A DNA stretch of 64,000 bases, taken from the human T2T-CHM13v2.0 reference genome, Homo sapiens. The notes under the pieces were generated by a model. It saw only the letters and a program-made list of their open reading frames with translations. It made no database searches and had not been told where the DNA came from. This document shows positions 45,851-60,290 of the stretch, piece after piece. The DNA lies in NCBI RefSeq assembly GCF_009914755.1, contig NC_060937.1. The stretch is one strand, 5' to 3'. The position numbers and the translations under genes were made by a program. How positions within the stretch are numbered: position 1 is the stretch's first letter; the number at the start of each line of letters is the position of its first letter.

Positions 45851-48050
45851 GCATGTATTATATACTGTACATAAAATATGAAATTACATCAAATATATAT
45901 TATGTTATGTAGAGAAAATATGAAAATACATCAAATATAGATTATATACTGTACATAAAATACCAAAGTACCCCAAATATATATTTTATACTGTACATGA
46001 AATATCAAAGTTCACAAACTATATATTATATACTGTACATAAAATATCAAAGTACTCAAGTTATATATTCTATACTGTACAAAAAATATCAAAGTACCCA
46101 AAGCATATATTATATACTGTACATAAAATATGAAAGTACATGAAATATATATTTTATTCTGTACATAAAATATCAAAGTACACCAAATATAAATTCTATA
46201 GTGTACATAAAATATCAAAGTACCCAAACTATACATTATATACTGTACATAAAATATGAAATTACATCAAATATATATTATATTAGTTACATAAAATATG
46301 AAAGTACATCAAAAATAGATTATATACTGTACATAAAATACCAAAGTACCCCAAATATATATTTTATATTGTATATGAAATATCAAAGTTCACAAACTAT
46401 ATATTATATACTGTACATAAAATATCAAAGTACCCAAGGTATATATTCTATACTGTACAAATAATATCAAAGTACCCAAACATGTATTATATACTGTACA
46501 TGAAATATGAAAGTACAGCAAATATATATTTTATTCTGTACATAAAATATCAAAGTACACCAAATATATATTCTATAGTGTACATAAAATATCAAAGTAC
46601 CCAAACTATACCTTATATACTGTACATAAAATATGAAATTACATCAAATATATATTATATTAGGTACATAAAATATGAAAGTACATCAAATATAGATTAT
46701 ATACTGTACATAAAATACCAAAGTACCCCAAATATATATTTTATATTGTACATGAAATATCAAAGTTCACAAACTATATATTATATACTGTACATAAAAT
46801 ATCAAAGTACCCAAGGTATATATTCTATACTGTACAAAAAATATCAAAGTACCCAAACATGTATTATATACTGTACATGAAATATGAAAGTACATCAAAT
46901 ATATATTTTATTCTGTACATAAAATATCAAAGTACACCAAATATATATTCTATAGTGTACATAAAATATCAAAGTACCCAAACTATACCTTATATACTGT
47001 ACATAAAATATGAAATTACATCAAATATATATTATATTAGGTACATAAAATATGAAAGTACATCAAATATAGATTATATATTGTACATAAAATACCAAAG
47101 TACCTCAAATATATATTTTATACTGTACATGAAATATCAAAGTTAACAAAATATATATTATATACTGTACATAAAATATCAAAGTACCCAAGGTATATAT
47201 TCTATACTGTACAAAAAATATCAAAGTACCCAAACATGTATTATATACTGTACATGAAATATGAAAGTACATCAAATATATATTTTATTCTGTACATAAA
47301 ATATAAAAGTACACCAAATATATATTCTATAGTGTACATAAAATATAAAAGTACCCAAACTATACCTTATATACTGTACATAAAATATGAAATTACATCA
47401 AATATATATTATATTAGGTACATAAAATATGAAAGTACATCAAATATAGATTATATACTGTACATAAAATACCAAAGTACCCCAAATATATATTTTATAC
47501 TGTACATGAAATATCAGAGTTCACAAACTATATATTATATACTGTACATAAAATATCAAAGTACTCAAGTTATATATTCTATACTGTACAAAAAATATCA
47601 AAGTACCCAAAGCATGTATTATATACTGTACATAAAATATGAAAGTACATGAAATATATATTTTATTGTGTACAAACAATATCAAAGTACACCAAATATA
47701 TATTCTATACTGTACATAAAATATCAAAGTACCCAAACTATACATTATATACTGTACATAAAATATGAAATTACATCAAATATATATTAGTTACATAAAA
47801 TATGAAAGTACATCAAATATAGATTATATACTGTACATAAAATACCAAAGTACCCCAAATAAATATTTTATACTGTACATGAAATATCAAAGTTCACAAA
47901 CTATATATTATATACTGCACATAAAATATCAAAGTACCCAAGGTATATATTCTATACTGTACAAAAATATCAAAGTACCCAAAGCATGTATTATATACTG
48001 TACATAAAATATGAAAGTACATCAAATATATATTTTATTCTGTACATAAA
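45851..48050 (+). repeat. Island of C-like subfamily containing a 377-bp x3 local expansion
   Basis: AGTACTCAAG (46051, 47560), AGTACATGAAAT (~46135, ~47644), TATTAGTTAC (46281, ~47785) and TATTGTGTACAAACAAT (47664) match domain C. ORF starts 46482/46859/47236 are 377 bp apart. Confidence 0.75.
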
Positions 48051-51000
48051 ATATCAAGGTACACCAAATATATATTCTATAGTGTACATAAATTATCAAA
48101 GTTCCCAAACTATACATTATATCCTGTACATAAAATATGAAATTACATCAAATATATATTATATTAGGTACATAAAATATGAAAGTACATCAAATATAAA
48201 TTATATACTGTACATAAAATATCAAAGTACCTCAAATATATATTATATACTGTACATGAAATATCAAAGTTCACAAACTATATATTATATACTGTACATA
48301 AAATATCAAAGTACCCAAGGTATATATTCTATACTGTACAAAAAATATAAAAGTACCCAAAACATGTATTATATACTGTACATAAAATATGAAAGTACAA
48401 AAAAAATATATATTTTATTCTGTACATAAAATATCAAAGTACACCAAATATATATTCTATAGTGTACATAAAATATCAAAGTACCCAAACTATACATTAT
48501 ATACTGTACATAAAATATGAAATTACATCAAATATATATTACTTTAGGTACATAAAATATGAAAGTACATCAAATATAGATTATATACTGTACATAAAAT
48601 ATCAAAGTACCCCAAATATATATTATATACTGTACATGAAATATCAAAGTTCACAAACTATATATTATATACTGTACATAAAATATCAAAGTACCCAAGG
48701 TATATATTCTATACTGTACAAAAAATATCAAAGTACCCAAAGCATGTATTATATACTGTACATAAAATATGAAAGTACATCAAATAAATATTTTATTCTG
48801 TACATAAAATATCAAAGTACACCAAATATATATTCTATAGTGTACATAAAATATCAAAGTACCCAAACTATACATTATAAACTGTACATAAAATATGAAA
48901 TTACATCAAATATATACTATATTATGTACATAAAATATGAAAGTACATCAAATATAGATTATATACTGTACATGAAATACCAAAGTACCCCAAATAAATA
49001 TTTTATACTGTACATGCAATATCAAAGTTCACAAACTATATATTATATACTGTACATAAAATATCAAAGTACCCAAGGTATATATTCTATACTGTACAAA
49101 AAATATCAAGGTACCCAAAGCATGTATTATATACTGTACATAAAATAAGAAAGTACATCAAATATATATTTTATTTTGTACATAAAATATCAAAGTACAC
49201 CAAATATATATTCTATAGTGTACATAAAATATCAAAGTACCCAAACTATACATTATATACTGTACATAAAATATGAAATTACATCAAATATATATTATAT
49301 TAGGTACATAAAATAAGAAAATACATCAAATATAAATTATATACAGTACATAAAATACCAAAGTACCCCAAATATATATTATATACTGTACATGCAATAT
49401 CAAAGTTCACAAACTATATATCATATACTGTACATAAAATATCAAAGTACCGAAGGTATATATTCTATACTGTACAAAAAATATCAAAGTACGCAAAGCA
49501 TGTATTATATACTGTACATAAAATATGAAAGTACATCAAATATATATTTTATTCTGTACATAAAATATCAAAGTACACCAAATATATATTCTATAGTGTA
49601 CATAAAATATCAAAGTACCCAAACTATACATTATATACTGTACATAAAATATGAAACTACATCAAATATATATTATAATAGGTACATAAAATATGAAAGT
49701 ACATCAAATATAAATTATATACTGCACATAAAATACCAAAGAACACCAAATATATATTATATACTGTACATGAAATATCAAAGTTCACAAACTATATATT
49801 ATATACTGTATATAAAATATCAAAGTACCCAAGGTATATATTCTGTACTGTATAAAAAATATCAAAGTACCCAAAGCATATATTATATACTGTTCATAAA
49901 ATATGAAAGTTCATCAAATATATATTTTATTCTGTACATAAAATATTAAAGTACACCAAATATATATTCTATAGTGTACATAAAATATCAAAGTACCCAA
50001 ACCATACATTATATACTGTACATAAAATATGAAATTACATCAAATATATATTATATTAGGTACATAAAATATGAAAGTACATCAAATATTGATTATATAG
50101 TGTACATAAAATACCAAAGTATCCCAAATATATATTATATACAGTACATGAAATATCAAAGTTCACAAACTATATATTATATACTGTACATAAAATATCA
50201 AGGTACACAAGGAATATATTCTATACTCTACAAAAAATATCAAAGTACCCAAAGCATGTATTATATACGGTACATAAAATATGAAAGTACATCAAATATA
50301 TAATTAATTCTGTACATAAAATATCAAAGTACACCAAATATATATTCTATAGTGTACATAAAATATCAAATTACCCAAACTATACATTATATACTGTACA
50401 TAAAATATGAAATTACGTCAAATATATATTATATTATGTACATAAAATATGAAAGTACATCAAATATAGATTATATACTGTACATAAAATACCAAAGTAC
50501 ACCAAATATATATTTTATACTGTACATGAAATATCAAAGTTCACAAACTATGTATTATATACTGTAGATAAAATATCAAAGTACCCAAGGTATGTATTCT
50601 ATACTGTACAAAAAATATCAAAGTACCCAAAGCATGTATTATATACTGTACATACAATATGAAAGTACATCAAATATAGATTATATACTGTACATAAAAT
50701 ACCAAAGAACCGCAAATATATATTATATACTGTACATGAAATATCAAAGTTCACAAACTATATATTATATACTGTACATAAAATAACAATGTGCCCAAGG
50801 TATATATTCTATACTGTACAAAAAATATCAAAGTACCCAAAGCATGTATTATATACTGTACATAAAATATGAAAGTACATCAAATATATATTTTATTCTG
50901 TACATAAAATATCAAAGTACACCAAATATATATTCTATAGTGTACATAAAATATCAAAGTACCCAAACGATACATTATATACTGTACATAAAATATGAAA

Positions 51001-54000
51001 TTACATCAATTATATATTATATTAGGTACATAAAATATGAAAGTACATCAAATATAGATTGTATACTGTGCATAAAATACCAAAGTACCCCAAATACATA
51101 TTATATACTGTACATGAAATATGAAAGTTCACAAACTATATATTATATACTGTACATAAAATATCAAAGTACCCAAGGTATATATTCTATACTGTACAAA
51201 AAATAACAAAGTACCCAAAGCATGTATTATATACTGTACATAAAATATGAAAGTACATCAAATAAATATTTTATCCTGTACATAAAATATCAAAGTACAC
51301 CAAATATATATTCTATAGTGTACATAAAATATCAAAGTACCCAAACTATACATTATAAACTGTACATAAAATATGAAATTACATCAAATATATACTATAT
51401 TATGTACATAAAATATGAAAGTACATCAAATATAGATTATGTACTGTACATGAAATACCAAAGTACCCCAAATAAATATTTTATACTGTACATGCAATAT
51501 CAAAGTTCACAAACTATATATTATATACTGTACATAAAATATCAAAGTACCCAAGGTATATATTCTATACTGTACAAAAAATATCAAAGTACCCAAAGCA
51601 TGTATTATATACTGTACATAAAATAAGAAAGTACATCAAATATATATTTTATTTTGTACATAAAATATCAAAGTACACCAAATATATATTCTATAGTGTA
51701 CATAAAATATCAAAGTACCCAAACTATACATTATATACTGTACATAAAATATGAAATTACATCAAATATATATTATATTAGGTACATAAAATATGAAAGT
51801 ACATCAAATATAAATTATATACAGTACATAAAATACCAAAGTACCACAAATATATATTATATACTCTACATGCAATATCAAAGTTCACAAACTATATATC
51901 ATATACTGTACATAAAATATCAAAGTACCCAAGGTATATATTCTCTACTGTACAAAAAATATCAAAGTACGCAAAGCATGTATTATATACTGTACATAAA
52001 ATATGAAAGTACATCAAATATATATTTTATTCTGTACATAAAATATCAAAGTACACCAAATATATATTCTATAGTGTACATAAAATATCAAAGTACCCAA
52101 ACTATACATTATATACTGTACATAAAATATGAAACTACATCAAATATATATTATAATAGGTACATAAAATATGAAAGTACATCAAATATAAATTATATAC
52201 TGTACATAAAATACCAAAGAACACCAAATATATATTATATACTGTACATGAAATATCAAAGTTCACAAACTATATATTATATACTGTATATAAAATATCA
52301 AAGTACCCAAGGTATATATTCTGTACTGTATAAAAAATATCAAAGTACCCAAAGCATGTATTATATACTGTTCATAAAATATGAAAGTTCATCAAATATA
52401 TATTTTATTCTGTACATAAAATATCAAAGTACACCAAATATATATTCTATAGTGTACATAAAATATCAAAGTACCCAAACCATACGTTATATACTGTACA
52501 TAAAATATGAAATTACATCAAATATATATTATATTAGGTACATAAAATATGAAAGTACATCAAATATAGATTATATAGTGTACATAAAATACCAAAGTAC
52601 ACCAAATATATATTTTATACTGTACATGAAATATCAAAGTTCACAAACTATATATCATATACTGTACATAAAATATCAAGATACCCAAGGTATATATTCT
52701 ATACTCTACAAAAAATATCAAAGTACCCAAAGCATGTATTATATACGGTACATAAAATATGAAAGTACATCTAATATATATTTAATTCTGTACATAAAAT
52801 ATCAAAGTACACCAAATATATATTCTATAGTGTACATAAAATATCAAAGTACCCAAACTATACATTATATACTGTACATAAAATATGAAATTACGTCAAA
52901 TATATTTTATATTATGTACATAAAATATGAAAGTACATCAAATATAGATTATATACTGTACATAAAATACCAAAGTACACCAAATATATATTTTATACTG
53001 TACATGAAATATCAAAGTTCACAAACTATGTATTATATACTGTAGATAAAATATCAAAGTACCCAAGGTATGTATTCTATACTGTACAAAAAATATCAAA
53101 GTACCCAAAGCATGTATTATATACTGTACATACAATATGAAAGTACATCAAATATAGATTATATACTGTACATAAAATACCAAAGAACCGCAAATATATA
53201 TTATATACTGTACATGAAATATCAAAGTTCACAAACTATATATTATATACTGTACATAAAATATCAAATTACCCAAGGTATATATTCTATACTGTACAAA
53301 AAATATCAAAGTACCCAAAGCATGTATTATATACTGTACATAAAATAATAACGTACATCAAATATATATTTTATTCTGTACATAAAATATCAAAGTACAC
53401 TAAATATATATTCTATAGTGTACATAAAATATCAAAGTACCCAAACTATACATTATATACTGTACATAAAATATGAAATTACATCAAATATATATTATAT
53501 TAGGTACATAAAATATGAAAGTACATCAACTATAATTTATATACTGTACATAAAATACCAAAGTACCCCAAATATATATTATATACTGTACATAAAATAT
53601 CAAAGTACCGAAAGTATATAGTCTATACTGTACAAAAAATATCAAAGTACCCAAAGCATGTATTATATACTGTACATAAATTATGAAAGTACATCAAATA
53701 TATATTTTATTCTGTACATAAAATATCAAAGTACACCAAATATATACTCTATAGTGTACATAAAATATCAAAGTACCCAAACTATACATTATATACTGTA
53801 CATAAAATATGAAATTACATCAAATATATATTATAATAGGTACATAAAATATGAAAGTACATCAAATATAAATTATATACTGTACATAAAATACCAAAGA
53901 ACCCCAAATATATATTATATACTGTACATGAAATATCAAAGTTCACAAACTATATATTATATACTGTATATAAAATATCAAAGTACCCAAGGTATATATT

Positions 54001-57000
54001 CTATACTGCACAAAAAATATCAAAGTACCCAAAGCATGTATTATATACTGTTCATAAAATATGAAAGTACATCAAATATATATTTTATTCTGTACATAAA
54101 ATATCAAAGTACGCCAAATATATATTCTATAGTGTACATTAAATATCAAAGTATCCAAACTATACATTATATACTGTACATAATATATGAAATTACATCA
54201 AATATATATTATATTAGGTACATAAAATATGAAAGTACATCAAATATAGATTATATACTCTACATAAAATACCAAAGTACCCCAAATACATATTATATAC
54301 TGTACATGAAATATCAAAGTTCACAAACTATATATTATATACTGTACATAAAATATCAAAGTACCAAAAGTATATATTCTATACTGTACAAAAAATATCA
54401 AAGTACCCAAAGCATGTATTATATACTGTACATAAAATATGAATGTACATCAAATATATATTTTATTCTGTACATAAAATATCAAAGTACACCAAATACA
54501 TATTCTATAGTGTACATAAAATATCAAAGTACCCAAACTATACATTATATACTGCACATAAAATATGAAATTACATCAAATATATATTATATTAGGTACA
54601 TAAAATATGAAAGTACATCAAATATATATTATATACTCTACATAAAATACCAAAGTACCCCAAATACATATTATATACTGTACATGCAATATCAAAGTTC
54701 ACACACTATATATTATATACTGTACATAAAATATCAAAGTACCGAAGCTATATATTCTATACTGTACAAAAAATATCAAAGTACCCAAAGCATGTATCAT
54801 ATACTGTACATAAAATATGAAAGTACATCAAATATATATTTAATTCTGTACATAAAATATCAAAGTACACCAAATATATATTCTATAGTGTACATAAAAT
54901 ATCAAAGTACCCAAACTATACATTATATACTGTACATAAAATATGAAATTGCATCAAATATATATTACATTAGGTACATAAAATATGAAAGTACATCAAA
55001 TATAGATTATATACTGTACATAAAATACCAAAGTACCCCAAATACATATTATATACTGTACATGCAATATCAAAGTTCACAAACTATATATTATATACTG
55101 TACATAAAATATCAAAGTACCCAAGGTATATATTCTATACTCTACAAAAAATATCAAACTACGCAAAGCATGTATTATATACTGTACATAAAATATGAAA
55201 GTACATCAAATATATATTTTATTCTGTACATAATATATCAAAGTACACCAAATATATATTCTATAGTGTACATAAAATATCAAAGTACCCAAACTATACA
55301 TTATATCCTGTACATAAAATATGAAATTACATCAAATATATATTATAATAGGTACATAAAATATGAAAGTACATCAAATATAAATTATATACTGTACATA
55401 AAATACCAAAGAACCCCAAATATATATTATATACTGTACATGAAATATCAAAGTTCACAAACTATATATTATATACTGTATATAAAATATCAAAGTACCC
55501 AAGGTATATATTCTATACTGTACAAAAAATATCAAAGTACCCAAAGCATGTATTATATACTGTTCATAAAATATGAAAGTACATCAAATATATATTTTAT
55601 TCTGTACATAAAATATCAAAGTACACCAAATATATATTCTATAGTGTACATTAAATATCAAAGTACCCAAACTATACATTATATACTGTACATAAAATAT
55701 GAAATTACATCAAATATATATTATATTAGGTACATAAAATATGAAAGTACATCAAATATAGATTATATACTGTACATAAAATACCAAAGTACCCCAAATA
55801 CATATTATATACTGTACATGAAATATCAAAGTTCACAAACTATATATTATATACTGTACATAAAATATCAAAGTACCAAAAGTATATATTCTATACTGTA
55901 CAAAAAATATCAAAGTACCCAAAGCATGTATTATATACTGTACATAAAATATGAAAGTACATCAAATATATATTTTATTCTGTACATAAAATATCAAAGT
56001 ACACCAAATATATATTCTATAGTGTACATAAAATATCAAAGTACCCCAAATATACATTATATACTGTACATAAAATATGATATTACATCAAATATATATT
56101 ATATTAGGTACATAAAATATGAAAGTGCATCAAATATATATTATATACTCTACATAAAATACCAAAGTACCCCAAATACATATTATATACTGTACATGCA
56201 ATATCAAAGTTCACACACTATATATTATATACTGTACATAAAATATCAAAGTACCGAAGCTATATATTCTATACTGTACAAAAAATATCAAAGTACCCAA
56301 AGCATGTATTATATACTGTACATAAAATATGAAAGTATATCAAATATATATTTAATTCTGTACATAAAATATCAAAGTACACCAAATATATATTCTATAG
56401 TGTACATAAAATATCAAATTACCCAAACTATACATTATATACTGTACATAAAACATGAAATTACATCAAATATATATTATATTAGGTACATAAAATATGA
56501 AGGTACATCAAATATAGATTATATACTGTACATAAAATACCAAAGTACCCCAAATATATATTATATACTGTACATGAAATATCAAAGTTCACAAACTATA
56601 TATTATATACTGTATATAAAATATCAAAGTACCCAAGGTATATATTCTATACTGTACAAAAAATATCAAAGTACCCAAAGCATGTATTATATACTGTTCA
56701 TAAAATATGAAAGTACATCAAATATATATTTTATTCTGTACATAAAATATCAAAGTACACCAAATATATATTCTATAGTGTACATTAAATATCAAAGTAC
56801 CCAAACTATACATTATATACTGTACATAAAATATGAAATTACAACAAATATATATTATATTAGGTACATAAAATATGAAAGTACATCAAATATAGATTAT
56901 ATACTGTACATAAAATATCAAAGTACCCCAAGTACATATTATATACTGTACATGAAATATCAAAGTTCACAAACTATATATTATATACTGTACATAAAAT

Positions 57001-58050
57001 ATCAAAGTACCCAAGGTATATATTCTATACTGTACAAAAAATATCAAAGTACCCAAAGCAAGTATTATATACTGTACATAAAATATGAAAGTACATCAAA
57101 TATATATTTTATTCTGTACATAAAGTATCAAAGTACACCAAATATATATTCTATAGTGTACATAAAATATCAAAGTACCCAAACTATACATTATATACTG
57201 TACATAAAATATGAAATTACATCAAATATATATTATATTAGGTACTTAAAATATGAAAGTACATCAAATATAAATTATATACTGTACATAAAATACCAAA
57301 GTACCCCAAATATATATTATATACTGTACATGCAATATCAAAGTTCACAAACTATATATCATATACTGTACATAAAATATCAAAGTACCGAAAGTATATA
57401 TTCTATACTGTACAAAAAATATCAAGGTACCCAAAGCATGTATTATATACTGTACATAAAATATGAAAGTACATCAAATATATATTTAATTCTGTACATA
57501 AAATATCAAAGTACACCAAATATATATTCTATAGTGTACATAAAATATCAAATTACCCAAACTATACATTATATACTGTACATAAAACATGAAATTACAT
57601 CAAATATATATTATATTAGGTACATAAAATATGAAGGTACATCAAATATAGATTATATACTGTACATAAAATACCAAAGTACCACAAATATATATTATAT
57701 ACTGTACATGAAATATCAAAGTTCACAAACTATATATTATATACTGTATATAAAATATCAAAGTACCCAAGGTATATATTCTATACTGTACAAAAAATAT
57801 CAAAGTACCCAAAGCATGTATTATATACTGTTCATAAAATATGAAAGTACATCAAATATATATTTTATTCTGTACATAAAATATCAAAGTACACCAAATA
57901 TATATTCTATAGTGTACATTAAATATCAAAGTACCCAAACTATACATTATATACTGTACATAAAATATGAAATTACATCAAATATATATTATATTAGGTA
58001 CATAAAATATGAAAGTACATCAAATATAGATTATATACTGTACATAAAAT
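48051..58050 (+). repeat. Sub-array D2: indel-poor 378-bp domain with 2478-, 1512- and 1134-bp duplications
   Basis: Same diagnostic variants as D1. One reading frame is kept from 48462 to ~58060. Duplication offsets were read from shared private variants. Confidence 0.75.
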
Positions 58051-60290
58051 ATCAAAGTACCCAAATATATATCATATACTGTACATGAATTATCAAAGTT
58101 CACAAACTATATATTATATACTGTACACAAAATATCAAAGTATCCAAGGTATATATTCTATACTGTACAAAAAATATCAAAGTACCCAAATCATGTATTA
58201 TATACTGTACATAAAATATGAAAGTAAATCAAATATATATTTTATTCTGTACATAAAATATCAAAGTACACCAGATATATATTTTATTGTGTACATAAAA
58301 TATCAAAGTACCCAAACTATACATTATATACTGTACATAAAATATGAAATTACATCAAATATATATTATATTAGGTACATAAAATATGAAAGTACATCAA
58401 ATATAGATTATATACTGTATATAAAATATCAAAGTACCCCAAATATATATTATATACTGTACATGAAATATCAAAGAACCCAAGGTATATATTCTATACT
58501 GTAGAAAAAATATCAAAGTACCAAAAGCATGTATTATATACTGTACATAAAATATGAAAGTACATCAAATATATATTTTATTATGTACATAAAATATCAA
58601 AGTACACCAGATATGTATTTTATAGTGTACATAAAATATCAAAGTACCCAAAGTATACATCATATACTGTACATAAAATATGAAATTACATCAAATATAT
58701 ATTATATTTGGTACGTAAAATATGAAATTACATCAAATATAGATTATATACTGTACATAAAATATCAAAGTACCCCAAATATATATTATATACTGTACAT
58801 GAAATATCAAAGTTCACAAACTATATATTATATTCTGTACATAAAATATCAAAGTACCCAATGTATATATTCTATACTGTACAAAAAATATCAAAGTACC
58901 CAAAGCATGTATTATATACTGTACAAAAAATATGAAAGTACATCAAATATATATTTTATTCTGAACATAAAATATCAAAGTACAACAGATATATATTTTA
59001 TAGTGTACATAAAATATCAAAGTACTCAAACTATACATTACATACTGTACATAAAATATGAAATTACATCAAATATATATTATATTAGGTACATAAAATA
59101 TGAAAGTACATCAAATATAGATTATATACTGTACATAAAATATCAAAGTACCCCAAATATATATTATATACTCTACATGAAATATCAAACTTCAGAATCT
59201 ATATATTATATACTGTAGAGAAAATATTAAAGTACCCAACGTATATATTCTATACTGTACAAAAAATATCAAAGTATGCAAAGCATGTATTATATACTGT
59301 ACATAAAATATGAAAGTACATCAAATATATATTTTATTCTGTACATAAAATATCAAAGTACACCAGATATATATTCTATAGAGTACATAAAATATCAAAG
59401 TACCCAAACTATACATTATATACTGTACATAAAATATGAAATTACATCAAATATATATTATATTAGGTACATAAAATATGAAAGTAGATCAAATATAGAT
59501 TATTAACTGTACATAAAATATCAAAGAACCCCAAATATATATTATATACTGTACATGAAATATCAAACTTCACAAACAATATATTATATACTGTACATAA
59601 AATATCAAAGTACCCAAGTTATATATTCTATACTGTACAAAAAATATCGAAGTACCCAAAGCATGTATTATATACTGTACATAAAATATGAAAGTACATC
59701 AAATATATATTTTATTCTGTACATATAATATCAAAGTACACCAGTTATATATTTTATAGTGTACATAAAATATCAAAGTACCCAAACTATACATTATATA
59801 CTCCACATAAAATATGAAATTACATCAAATATATATTATATTAGGTACATAAAATATGAAAGTACATCAAATATAGATTATATACTGTACATAAAATATA
59901 AAAGAACCCCAAATATATATTATATACTGTACTTGAAATATCAAACTTCACAAACTATATATTAAATACTGTACATAAAATATCAAAGTACCCAAGGTAT
60001 ATATTCTATACTGTACAAAAAATATCAAAGTACACAACGCATGTATTATATACTGTACATAAAATTTGAAAGTACATCAAATATATATTTTATTCTGTAC
60101 ATAAAATATCAAAGTACACCAAATATATATTCTATACTGTACATAAAATATCAAGGTACCCAACCTATACATTATATACTGTACATAAAATATGAAATTA
60201 CATCAAATATATATTATATTAGGTACATAAAATATGAAAGTACATCAAATATAGATTATATACTGTACATAAAATATCAAAGTACCCAAA
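58051..60290 (+). repeat. Diverged transition zone with CCAGAT-like (B-type) M9 variants
   Basis: CCAGAT/ACAGAT/CCAGTT at ~58271, 58607, 58985, 59363 and 59741, with many private substitutions. Confidence 0.65.

Noticed and set aside
48395-48410. A-run GTACAAAAAAAATAT as a possible retro-insertion remnant
   Set aside because: Only a short A-run replacing TCAAA with about a 2-bp gain. No target-site duplication or element body; slippage or a homopolymer error is more likely.
53658-58088. 1476-aa ORF (also 20625-24179, 25749-28934, 33389-37141 and others) as a repeat-protein gene
   Set aside because: It is a pure translation of the 42-bp satellite. It has no unique N- or C-terminal domain, and neighbouring homologous units carry scattered stops and frameshifts that were themselves amplified.
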